Positions 1-11,899 of a DNA stretch of 64,000 bases are shown one piece after another. Numbering within the stretch: the first letter of the stretch is position 1; each line of letters opens with the position of its first letter. The stretch covers positions 682,001-746,000 of the forward strand of contig NW_026782426.1 of assembly GCF_031769215.1 (NCBI RefSeq). The letters run 5' to 3'. Under the pieces are notes generated by a model, which was given only the letters and a program-made list of their open reading frames with translations, did no database searches and was not told the origin of the DNA. A program made the position numbers and the translations under genes. The DNA is from Ylistrum balloti (taxonomy: Eukaryota).

Positions 1-787
1 CATATAAGATAACACTTTCAGCATTGTCCAGTTTTTCTTTTGAACAATCCTATTTTTCATTCCAAGTCAAAGGTTATAAATTCTATTGTCACAGGGTTAC
101 AGCTATTTCCTGTGTTTCAGTCCAAAGTCATTTACAATACAACTTTAACACTGCTCATTTAATCTCTGTTAGATGATAATTCAGGTCAGGGGTCAGATTA
201 CACAGCTATTAATACACTCCAACCAAATTTAATTAGCACAAACAAATGTTTTTGATGCTTGATGGGAGGGAAACCATGTCGTCTAATTAAAAACTCTACA
301 GAAATCTCTCATTGTTTATAAAAATAATCAATTTTGGCATCAAAAACCAAATAAATTATCAAAACAAATCCTTGATGGTTGCATTGAAACCTAAAGGTCA
401 ACCCTTTCTGCTAATAGTAAAAACAAATCTCTTGGACCCCTAATGGTACATTATATCATTAGGGACTTGTGGTATATGAAACACAACACCTTTTTGTGGT
501 GTCCTGAACCAATCCCCCTAGAACTCAATTACACACAGACAAAGGAAACTCTTGTTTTTGAAGTGTCAGACCAGATTATAGACAAGATTTGTACTAATTA
601 TACATCATTTGGATGTGTCTAAATCCTGTCCAAAAGCTTTTTCCCCCGTTGACTTTAATATTTGTACAAAAAATTTAGTACAACAAACTTCCAACATATT
701 CCAGAAAAGTTCTAAAACCAATAAAAATGCATGTAGCTGTGTTTGAGTTTTCAGAATATGTACAGACTTGTTTCTGAAGAAGCCGAG

Positions 788-910
788 AAGCCATTACAGT
801 GGGCAGAGGGAAATCGGCTTTTATAGACAGGTGACCTTTGTAAAAAGGTTTACATGTCATGAATTGTATTTACAACCAGAACCAAAAAAGTGGCCTTTAT
901 ATACAGGTTA
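788..910. mobile_element. Internal fragment of the ~180-bp TA-flanked MITE family (same family as 29987-30165)
   Basis: Colinear with the 30-kb copy: GCAGAGGGAAAT..CTTTTATAGACAGGTGACCTTTGT..AGGTT..GAACCAAAAAAGTGGCCTTTATATACAGG; termini missing. Confidence 0.6.
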
Positions 911-1537
911 CAAGTGGACACCCACTCTAGTATCTGAAACAGTTTTTTGTATTTTGTACTGCCTTGAACTGCTACAAAAATGTTTAAAAGTTCACAGTAG
1001 TCAAAAAAAATCAAATATTGATATCAAGACGTACAGGATCACATGAGGTCAAGGTCAAAAATAAACTTAAGAAAAAAATCATGCATGATGCTCTTTTACT
1101 CAGAGAAGTGCATACTTAACTGAGGTTTTTCTACAACAGAACCAGTATGTGCTAGCAAGATCAGAATCAGATGAAAACTTGTATTTCAGCTTAGAATTAA
1201 CAGCAATAAATTTTGCATAAAACATTGGTTTTATCGTACACTTGGGTGCAGCTGGTGGTGCAGAATACTCTGTTTACTTCATGCATCTAAATATTTATAC
1301 CTCAGTTTTTATTGTTTTACAATTTAAAAGCTATCTAGAAAACAACCATTAATTTTACATATCTTTTGTATAAGTACACTTCTATTGATGTTATGCATTA
1401 AAATGGAAGTCAGTTTCCACTCAAATCTGTTCTTTTCCATGTTTAAATACTTTCTTTCCGATAATTCTATTTTATTTAAACCACTTCAAACAGCTGGGAA
1501 ACCTAATACAGGAAACAAAAAGATTCAGACACGGTAA

Positions 1538-1625
1538 TTACTACACCTTTTTAACTTCAATGCCAAAAGAGTTCTGAATTGTTACTGCACCTTTTTATCT
1601 TCAATGCCAAAAGAGTTCTAAATTG
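1538..1625. repeat. 44-bp tandem duplication
   Basis: TTACT(A/G)CACCTTTTTA(A/T)CTTCAATGCCAAAAGAGTTCT(G/A)AATTG twice, 3 mismatches. Confidence 0.9.
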
Positions 1626-1688
1626 GAGGAGACAACAAATAAAAAGTTGGAACCAAGTCAAGTTGGTCACGTTGGGAGTGCTACTCAC

Positions 1689-1813
1689 TGGCACGAAATC
1701 AACACTTGGTTTTTTATCAAACGTAAGTACAATTTCTGGTAGAGGCGGCCATTTCCCTGATTTGCTTGTAAGTGGATAGTATAACCGTATATCCAAATGG
1801 GCATCCCAAGTTA
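1689..1813 (-). CDS. Candidate internal coding exon, product unknown (xTWDAHLDIRLYYPLTSKSGKWPPLPEIVLTFDKKPSVDFVP)
   Basis: Minus strand acceptor TTATCTTTACCCCAG and donor CCA|GTGAGT; 125 nt open frame (phase 1 to 0) with A/T-rich third positions. No family recognised; competing plus-strand splice signals overlap it. Confidence 0.4.
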
Positions 1814-3234
1814 CTGGGGTAAAGATAACTTTGTTTTTTCTAGATAGGTTTTGTCATGTTAAGAGCAAGACCTGACCAAATGCTGTAAGTGGAGAGATGA
1901 TAATGTGAGGAAGACGATGACAGCCTGCACTTTGTAACAACATTAACAGGACATCAATAGTTCTAATCTCCAAAAGATATTGTATCAACCTTAAAATATA
2001 GATACCGCTTTTAAAAGTATACTTATCAGAAAAATAGCTGATTTCTTTAAGTAATTAATCAAAGTTTTTAATAAATGTCAGCGAAAATGCTCTGTTCAAT
2101 GAATCTTCATTCTTGTAAAACCTGCATCACCTATGTATACAACTTTTCTTTTATGTGTAATTTTTCTGAAAATGTTTTGTTTCATAATGTTCATGACCTT
2201 TTATTATGTTTTTAATGCCGGACCTCTTTTTAAATATAAAAATCTTTAAACTCGACATTTTAACAAAGGTAGACAACTAATGATTATTGTTCTTGTTCCG
2301 AACCAAATATAGATGAAAAGATACTTTTTTTCATTTCTTCAGTATCTCAGAGTTTGAAAAAAATAAAAGTTTGAACAATTAAGGTCCTTTGTTATACTTT
2401 TTGTGGAAACGCCATAATAATACATAGTTAATGATTTAAAACCAGAAGTCTCCAATTTACAGCCTAGAAATAACCTCTTTGTAAATGGCACAGTGACCTT
2501 CATCTTTCTGGAGTCGGAGAGATGAAAGCATAATCGTCTATAAAGGTCAAGAAAACATTTGTCAAATGTGGACATTTATTGACAAATATCTTTTTTGTAG
2601 TTCAACTGACAAATGAAAAAAAACCCATAATTATATTTCTTTTCTCTGTGACACTGATTAACGGGCATTGCTTTTGTCTTTTCACTGCACAATCAACCCG
2701 GAACATTACTTTTCAATTCAGAAGCCCTCCCGTAAAGCAAATCACTTTCCAGGACGGGTGTTTCCCATCACCATCCTGTGGATATCAGACATGCAAACAT
2801 GATTAACAGTGTGAAACTCTTCATATATGGAGGTAGAAAATTTGTCGATTGCAGTTGTTGTACAAGTCTGTGTTTCCAATGTATACTACCAATCTGTCTG
2901 TTTGGTCAACACTCGTCCAAATGTTAGCAGGGATTTTTGTATTGTAGGAGAATGTATGCTGACCTAATCAATTTTGTATTCAATGGTAAGAAATAATACA
3001 AACTCAGTCTGGTGTAGGTGATTTTATGATGCCATACGTCTACGATACAACCATATCATATAGGTTCAAAGGTCGAAAGGTTGACAGAAGCAGGTCATGG
3101 GAGTATTTGACTTCCTTTTTCAACGTTCTGGAATCTGAAACTCTTTTTCTCATCCCTCTGGATCCTTAATCTGCAATCCCCTTTCTCCTTACTCTTGAGC
3201 CTATTTTCTCAACCCTGTAATCCTTCACCTCATA

Positions 3235-3690
3235 CCTCTTCTCCCTCCTCTCTCTGGCCCCTTTCTCTCAAACCCTCTCTTCCAACCCTCTGGCCATTTT
3301 CTATAACCCTCTTCTCTCTCCTCTCTCTGGCCCCTTTCTCTCAAACCCTCTCTTCCAACCCTCTGGCCATTTTCTATAACCCTCTTCTCCCTCCTCTCTC
3401 TGGCCCCTTTCTCTAAAACCCTCTCTTCCAACCCTCTGGCCATGTTCTATAACCCTCTTCTCCCTCCTCTCTCTGGCCCCTTTCTCTCAAACCCTCTCTT
3501 CCAACCCTCTGGCCATTTTCTATAACCCTCTTCTCCCTCCTCTCTCTGGCCCCTTTCTCTAAAACCCTCTCTTCCAACCCTCTGGCCATTTTCTATAACC
3601 CTCTTCTCCCTCCTCTCTCTGGCCCCTTTCTCTAAAACCCTCTCTTCCAACCCTCTGGCCATTTTCTATAACCCTCTTCTCCCTCCTCCC
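3235..3690. repeat. 73-bp pyrimidine-rich minisatellite, ~6 copies
   Basis: Unit CTCTTCCAACCCTCTGGCCATTTTCTATAACCCTCTTCTCCCTCCTCTCTCTGGCCCCTTTCTCTCAAACCCT; period 73 (3281 to 3354). Confidence 0.95.
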
Positions 3691-4619
3691 TTCTTGTCAA
3701 TCCCTTGTTCACACCTCTCTGATCCCTTAAACTCTTAACCCTATATCCTCACACTCATCTCTCTGTGCCATGCCCCTCTCCTCCTTTTTTTCTAGGTCCC
3801 TCTCCAGACGCTAATTCTTAAAAGTCCTCATGCACCTGTTTTAGAATATATTCCCTCAAATCTGAATGAAAATCTATGATAAAATAATGAGTTTCTATAT
3901 CCAAGCTTCTTTCCTCAATCCACCAAACCTTCCTTTATCTCATGGTTTCCCATAAACAAGACACTTCACGGTTCGGTGATTCAGTTTATCTAACATATAT
4001 ATATACTGTATATTCTATTGATACAGTAATACAGTCGTAACACTTGGCTTCCCATAATAGACCAGTTATTAAACTTTAGTGTCCTATCATATCCTTGGTA
4101 ATGGTGTCAGACTTTTATGGAGTAAAATAAAACGAATAAGCATATCAAACATGTCTGCCTTTTCAATGGTTGTATCCCATAAAAACCAATTTCCTTTGAG
4201 AAAGATTTTATGTAATTGATTTTGAAACATAGGTCTGAGTTTCTCAGCAATATTTTATCAATTTATTCTTTATTAACACACAAAAATTCTCACAAATTTT
4301 AAAATTCTATACCATTTATTAGTGTTTCATAGCACATCCATTTTATCATTTTTTCTCTTAAATATTTCTGAAAAATATTGTTGCAATGCCCCAAATTTCA
4401 CTTTACAGCCAAACGAATACTTGATGAAGGATGATAAAAGAGAAAGCTGATGATTTGAAAGCTGGATCGGAGCCAAAAGAACGATTATATTATACTTATA
4501 CAATATAAAATACAGAAATTAGTCTTGTTCATTATATGAGGATTTTCTTTCCATTCAGGACTTGCTAGCTGTATATATCTTGTCAAAACATTATAAAATA
4601 GTATAAAAACATTAAACTG

Positions 4620-5500
4620 AATGACCGTTTGACCATCTGAAAATGACTTTGACTTTTGATTACAAACTTCACAATGTTATACAACAATGATCATTGTATA
4701 AAAACTCTTTTTGAAGTATAATGTACGGACTATAGTTTATTAAATTTTTGACCTACATTTCAATTTGACCTATTGTGATGACCTTGACATCTATTCAACA
4801 CATCTCAGCATGCTATATACAGGACATCAAACAGGATGTTTGATTAGACATGGATCATAACTTAGTAAAATTTTACAGTAGAAAAATGTTTGAAATTGTA
4901 AAATTTGTGAAAAATAAACAAAGGGCAACAACTCTGTAATTTTTGTTTTCTGAAAACTGACCTGATCTGTTATGCCTGATCTTTTCATTCCATGTATCAA
5001 ATGTAACACAAAAGTTTTAATTCATAGCAGATGCAGTTGATGTGATATACCTAAGACAGCATGAAACACTATTAACTAAGGGCCATAACTCTATAAATAT
5101 TGTGTTTAGTTTAAAAACCATGGTCTGTTATTTCTAGAGTTTTGAGAAATTGTTCTTTAAATGTAAATTTGATTCCATTTAAGTTCTCTAATACTTATTT
5201 TACACATAAACTGTTGTCATTCAAATGTCTCATGATGAAGGATTGTTAACATATATAATTCTGTGAGCATTGCAAGATTCCTGGAAAATGATTTCCTTGT
5301 GAATATTAAAAAAAATATTCATATTACTTTGACAGTTGTAGATAAAAAGTTATGAGATATCTTCTTGACAAGACAGGTTGTTAGGATGACAGAACTACCG
5401 GAAAGTTGTATTGTATCAAAAAATATTCATATTAGTTTGACGGTCGTAGATTAAAAATTATGAGATATGTTCTTGACAAGACAGGTTGTTAAAATAACAG
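4620..5500. mobile_element. Degenerate dispersed repeat with TGACCTTGA and AAGGGC(A/C)ATAACTC motifs (HINE/Helitron-like non-autonomous family typical of molluscs)
   Basis: GATGACCTTGACAT, AAAGGGCAACAACTCT, AAGGGCCATAACTCT; related motifs recur near 1045, 11145 and 62930; includes a ~109-bp-period direct repeat at 5310-5500. Family assignment is from motif recall only. Confidence 0.4.
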
Positions 5501-5644
5501 ATCAACAGGCAAGTCTACTTTAGTGGGCCAACACAGGGACTTGTGCAAGACTATCTCAACAGTGTCATATGCTATAATATTGAAAAGCAGCAAACGTGAT
5601 TAAGTATGACCTGTTCATTAAGTCTATAATTGATAATCATTTAC

Positions 5645-5821
5645 CATAATTGGATACCGATTTAATTGGTTATTTGACCCTGGAAATCTGACCAGTGACA
5701 GAAACTCTAGCTGGGCGAGGCATGTCTGACCAGTCTTATCAGCCGACAAGCCAGTACAGCTCCAAACTGGGACCCTAATTACAGAATTAAAGCTATTAGG
5801 AGCTCGTGGGTTTGATAACAA
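5645..5821 (-). CDS. Candidate internal coding exon, product unknown (LLSNPRAPNSFNSVIRVPVWSCTGLSADKTGQTCLAQLEFLSLVRFPGSNNQLNRYPIM)
   Basis: 177-nt open frame bounded by TAG| (weak acceptor) and ATG|GTAAAT; GC higher than flanks; coding-like codon use. Confidence 0.3.
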
Positions 5822-6500
5822 CTACATATCTAATAGATATGAGGACCTTGGAACAAGTCCCTACAACTAATACACAAGCCATTCATTAACAAGAAAATGC
5901 TACAATGACGTCAGGTAGAGCAGGTTTTAACCTTGACTGCTTGAACTCTAAATGATGAAGTCCTGTTAGACATGTCCCTAAAATACTTTCAAATCTTCCC
6001 CTCTGAAGTCACTACTAAATCTACAACCAATGTTCCCATATTCCATTATCCTGAGCATGAGGGGTCCCCTATTTATCACTATACTAAATCAGATCAAACT
6101 GAAGAAGACACTGTCCATGTACATTAGCACTTCTTTGTCAACAGTTTTAAAACTTTTCCCACAGACTACAGTAATCTTTACAGCCGTAAAGTGATGCAGT
6201 ATTTGATAGACTGGTTCTTCATCTGAGTATGGATAACAGAAATAAGGGGCAAGATTAAACCCTAGAAGGCCAAGCTCCAAATGACTCCTCCACTGAGAAA
6301 GACAACACTATTTAAAACCAGTAAGTTGAAAAAAGTCTACATAGCCAGATTAGAATTAAAACACCAGACTTCTAAACTCCTCCCTGAGGACATATCTTAG
6401 TGATTGGTATAATTTCTCGGTCCTGACTCAAGCTACATAAGAATTTGATTACTAGTCCCTTTTCCGTAGGACATCACATGGTTACCACTGTCCATTCTGA

Positions 6501-6809
6501 TATTTAATATCCTGTAAGGATTTTAGGGACATTTCCAGCCACATTTGTTTGCCTCTGTGTTCATTACTTGTGAACAGGGACAGTCCTCCTGGTGGTAGCC
6601 TCACCGAACACCATGTGGGAGGTTCTCTGCATGCTCTAGAGCATTGTTGGAGTAGAGAGTCTTTCCCAAGGACACAAAAGCACAGGATGGTCTGTGATAT
6701 CATCATCTTTAGAAACAGAAACCAATTTCAGGAAGGGATTAAAATGTACACCTGGGATCTACAGATAAGGTTGAATTGGAACTGTCCAAAATGGTTACTT
6801 CCGTCATAG
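6501..6809 (+). CDS. Stop-free non-repetitive frame (~102 codons) containing the SPxGGxLTEH motif; exon or decayed coding fragment
   Basis: Frame open from 6501 to TAG at 6807-6809; residues 6561-6638 match 47274-47345 with synonymous substitutions. Confidence 0.4.
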   Translation, partial: YLISCKDFRDISSHICLPLCSLLVNRDSPPGGSLTEHHVGGSLHALEHCWSRESFPRTQKHRMVCDIIIFRNRNQFQEGIKMYTWDLQIRLNWNCPKWLLPS

Positions 6810-8079
6810 GAATCACCAGTCTGTTACATGATGTCTGTAAAAACACATGACATATTTAAACAGGTTCACCTATCATGATGAGAAACTGTTTACACAGTAC
6901 AGCCTGTGTAAGACACACCCAGAACCTTACATAAGAAACAGTTGAACCACCTGGACAAGATGCTTCTCAGAAAAAAAGTCATTTAAAGAAACCACCCCTT
7001 AAAACTGTAGGATGGATTCTTCCTCCTTCAGAGGGATGATACCACTGAAGGTTATTGAGGGTATGAAGACATGTAATTGGGCAGTGAAAGCCATCTGGGC
7101 CCTTTATATAAATAAACAATTACTTTGAGACTTAAGAAACCTTGTAATTGAAATTTTGTGCCACATGTGCAGTTTTTATTGGATTTATACTAAAGCAAAA
7201 CTCTTGGGCCAGATAAAGGTCTGATGCTATGTGTAGGAGAAATTATTCTATAAAGTTTAAACCTTTTCATCAAAATTTTCAATTTCACGGCTACCAATAT
7301 AAAATCTTAAATTACTGAATATTCAGCTGGATGATTTAAGTTTTCCTTCTTTTTTGGGCTAGATGATATCTCCAGTTAATGTTATGCCAAAATTTTGTTT
7401 GCTAATCAATTTAAATCTCATTAAATTATATCCGTCACCTTTTAAATTAGAACACTTTTCTGTAACATGTGAATTTAATCCATTTACACGGCCATAATAA
7501 CATACTGAACATGTTTCTGGAAACAATTTCTGTATTATGTTGTATACCTCGCTTGTCTGTGCGTCCTCTGATACCCTACTGGGTAAACCTACCGTATATT
7601 AAGGTATAGAAGTGTTTCTGAAGAATGAAAAACCTTCAAAAAATTGCATTCTTAGAAATTTCGTTGCTTTACTCTATTAATTAACTTTTCTAGTCGGGAG
7701 TTTCTCTTTTTCTGCCATACGTATAAAAAAAATTTCAAATGTTCCAATGATTTTTTTTTATATTTTTCAAAAATAATCCCTTACAATGAATATGAAAACC
7801 TTGCATATCAAATTGTGTCAATAAAAATTTCTGCATTGGCAGTAATAGAAGCTTGTAAGTAATGATTTTACAAAGATTTACATAATAGAACTTGTGTTAT
7901 ACTGATAGTGTTCAGTAATGGTAAACAGATTTTACACTTTTATGAAGGTTGGATGACGGTTATGAGAAGAAGAGACCCATAGGGTTTTTCACGTAATGTT
8001 AAACATATGTTTAGTCGCAGTATATATATTATTATTTTCATGAAATATTTTTATGAATAAATGTTACATATAAACCTTT

Positions 8080-8276
8080 GATTTTAAATAACTGATGGCT
8101 TTAAGAGATGGGATTGTAGATTTTAAATACCTGATGGCTTTAAGGGACAGGATTGTAGATTTCAAATACCTGATGGCTTTAAGAGACAGGATTATAGATT
8201 TCAAATACCTGATGGCTTTAAGAGACAGGATTATAGATTTCAAATAACTGATGGCTTTAAAAGACAGGATTATATT
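8080..8276. repeat. 39-bp minisatellite, ~5 copies
   Basis: Unit GATTTCAAATACCTGATGGCTTTAAGAGACAGGATTATA; explains the repetitive ORF 8064-8285. Confidence 0.95.
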
Positions 8277-10942
8277 CAAACACAAATATCATGGAATTGT
8301 GGGATCATTTTATGTTCTTCACCTTCAGCTCTTAAGCTAACAGTCTGCAAACATCGCCTTAAAATCATCAGAAACACACTGACAATGTTAACATCTCCCA
8401 AAATTATGTTTCAACTGGAGAGCGTACACAGGAAAGATGTTATTTGATATATTTCAAAATTGTTGAAATCTTTTAAAGCAGCACAATATCACATTACATA
8501 GTTAGAATCCTGGTCACAGCACCAAAAAGGAAGGAGAAAATTATCCTGCCCCTGCTCTGACTAAGACTAGCCATTCCCACCAGATAAGACATGTAAGGTG
8601 ACCTGTACTCTCAACTTCTAAAACAGTTTAAAAGTCATAAGGTTTAATTCTAGGTCTCACGTGGTTCCATGTCACATGACATCTGCTAAAACATCAGGTC
8701 ACATGACTATGATTGACTTGAGAAAACAGAACTCGTATCATTCTCATAAAGTTATAGAAATAAATTCTCAATTTTTTTCCTGTTATCAATATCAGATTAA
8801 AGAAAACTGTTTTATCATCACTTCCATGGAATGTTAACTAGACAGAATCTAAAACTTCCTAAAATGATGTGAAACTTTCCAACCTGGACTATAAAGCATT
8901 ACATGTAATGTCATGATTCATGCCATGTTGTTAGGAACCTTCTTTGTAAACTTCTAATTTCTGATTCACCTCTGAAATCATCTTCACATAGCAGTGTATC
9001 TGTTGTAGGTGTTTACAGTGAGGGTGGTATGTACAGAGGAGGAGGGGGGGAGGGTAGCAGCTGAGTCATCATTACTACACACTATCAATACATACACCTG
9101 ACTATAATAAAGAAACATCCCTCTGATACATAATTGTCAATGTTTGATACTGGGAGCAGACCAGCATCTACAGAAGTGGCGTTCACCTGGTGCTTCAGCT
9201 GTGGTAGATCACAGTTTTTATTTCTAAATCAATCACCAGAATGAGTATATAAAACTCCATCTGGAACACAAAAATAAACGTCCACAAACAACAAAGAGAT
9301 TTTTTTTTAGAATAAGAGAGCCTCTGTGACTAAGATCTGACATTAGTTATCTAGTATTACCGTAAAAAAACGAAAATAAAAAAAGGTTATATAGACAAAC
9401 TGTGTTTACCAGGGGTAATTAAACCCTATGTTGAAATTGGCTGTTAAAAGTCAACGTTTGTGTCTCTAACCTCTACAAGACTTTGGAAACAATTGATCAT
9501 TTCTGGGATCTACTTGGGCTGATCTACTACCAGTTAGTAGGGAAATCAATACATGAAATATAGATAGAATTCTAAATGACCATGAACCAAGGAACAAAGT
9601 TATGTTAATTGTGCACATTCATTGTTTAGGATCTAACTTTTTCCGCAAGTCTTGTATTGAATTAATTAGCCCCCCCAAATAAAAAAAAAAAAAACGGAAA
9701 CAAAGATTTGTTTTTTAAATCTGATTGTTGTTATCAACTTAATAATGTCAAACAAATCCTTACAATGGCTGTTGGAGTAGGTTGGAATCCAACTCAACAA
9801 TGTTGTGTTTTTGTCTTGTCTATAGAGTCTGTCTAAGTCCTGATTAATCGACAGCGGTGAGAGCAGATTGGCCGTGAGGTTATAACGCTATAGTGTCTAG
9901 GAATTCACCGACCCAGTGCTACACAATCAAACTCCTCATCCATTTGGCAAGAGATCAAAACGAGATGAAAACAAAAAAAATCTCGAGCAAGGTCAAGCCA
10001 GGACGAAGTATTGCATGTTTTGTGAGAGGGACCTACACTTTCCCCAACACCTCACGTTATATTTCATGTCGTCCAAAGATGTTATTTGCTGGGTGTTGAG
10101 CACGACCTAATTTGTAAAGTACAAGTTGCTTTCTCAATCCGAAATATAGGTATATTGATATACTTTGAACGCCGTGGCTTCAAAATCAGTCGGTTTTACT
10201 CAACATTGACTATTTTACAAAGTTCTATATGCTGGATAAACAGGCGATGTAAACTTTAGAGACTGACCGCAGTCTATGTCTAAATTAAAAGCTAAAAAAA
10301 AAAAAGCTCCACTCCTACATGCAAACCAGATTCTGATCAGGTGTAGAACTTGGTGGGACAATGTGACAGATGTGCCTAGGTTACAATAATACCTCTCGTG
10401 AAATGAAAAGGTCATAAAAGAAATACACTGAATGATTAATTAATCAGAAATGGTTTTTCTATCACTATGGTGACAAGGACTTATACCAATCAGATCCAGA
10501 GGTTGATATCTACCCATTAACAATATCTGAATGAATCACAAAATCCCAAACCAATCAAAAATCTGTTTACAAATAAATATGTGCTTGTACTTTCTTTGGT
10601 TTGATATGAGCGAACAGATAATTAATTTTCTCTGGCCTGGCTTCACCCAGACAAATTAAGCAATACTTGTTACCTCCAGACAGAAACCAGTCATTAATAC
10701 ATCACATATCATAAGGTTTTAGTTACACAAGTTTCACTACCACCATTGTCTTAACTATCACAACACACTGTAAGGAGATTCAGTGTTTAAGATATCAAAC
10801 TGAATCCATTTACATGATACATCTTAAAACTATGTCCATGTTAGTAATATCATCGTATTTAAAATTTTATGAAGAAATGAGGATTAATTGCTCCAGCCCT
10901 TAAGCACTGTTTGGAGGTAATATTAGTAGGTGAACTATACAT

Positions 10943-11044
10943 CATGAAGGTCACATAATGCCTTAAGTTGTCCGATATGAACACATCAATTTGCATGAAG
11001 GTAACATAATGCCTTAAGTTGTCAGATATGAACACATCAATTTG
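10943..11044. repeat. 51-bp tandem duplication
   Basis: CATGAAGGT(C/A)ACATAATGCCTTAAGTTGTC(C/A)GATATGAACACATCAATTTG twice. Confidence 0.95.
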
Positions 11045-11899
11045 GTTAATGGACATTGGAAAATTATTTCAACATATATCCTGGTTTAACAATAAGATAA
11101 CCGCTTGGTGGCACAACAAACTGAGAAAGAAAGTATCAATAAGCAAAAGGGCAATAACTCCAAGTATGTTAAATAAAAAGTGCAATTTATGAAAATACAA
11201 ATTTCCAGGAAGGAATTTTAAGGTTTGTTTAAGTAAAATCAAAATGAGCAGGGCTTCCATTGATACATCCCCTATCCCCATTCCAATCCCCCAGTATGTA
11301 CAGTATATTGCCAACTTCATTTCCCTGAGTCCAAGACATCTTTTTTATTTCTGGTTTGTGGAAAAATACTACATCAAACTAGGTCACTATTTTATCTATG
11401 TTTATAGTCTCCTGATTTCGTTTTAATAGAAGAAACCTTCTCTTCATAATCCATCACGTCTTCCTCTCAATCATCTGGGGAGAGGATTTCAAGGCACATC
11501 TGAACTTACCTATCATGGTTACTGTATATCAAATAAGAACATTTTTCAGTGAATCCTAAAAAGCTGTTTGTATATTTAACCGACGCAAGTGTCAAATTAA
11601 GCAATTTGTATAGAACTGACTCAAGTATCTGGGGTAATCTACTTTAATACATTTAGATCAGAAAAGTTTTTTTTAAAGAAATCAATCTAAACGTTCTTTT
11701 GCTAACGTTCTTTTGCTGGATGTTAAAGCCGTTGATCGGGAAGATATACTCCACCAGCACAAAGTACAGTACATATCGACTACAGTAAGGTTAAACTGCC
11801 ACCTAGATTTTAATTCTGGGATTCGTAACATTCTTGTGGAGTTGTAACAGCATCATTTGCTTTTGACACGACTACCATATTGATTGAACAATAGGTCCC

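Noticed and set aside
5700-5790. TGQTCLAQLEFL resembling part of AP5B1
   Set aside because: The similarity is short, recalled from memory, and spacing does not match; not enough to name a gene.
6600-6665. LTEH..ALEHCWS resembling a Penelope GIY-YIG endonuclease
   Set aside because: The YIG(E/Q)T motif is absent, spacing is too short, and the paralogous fragment lacks EHCW.
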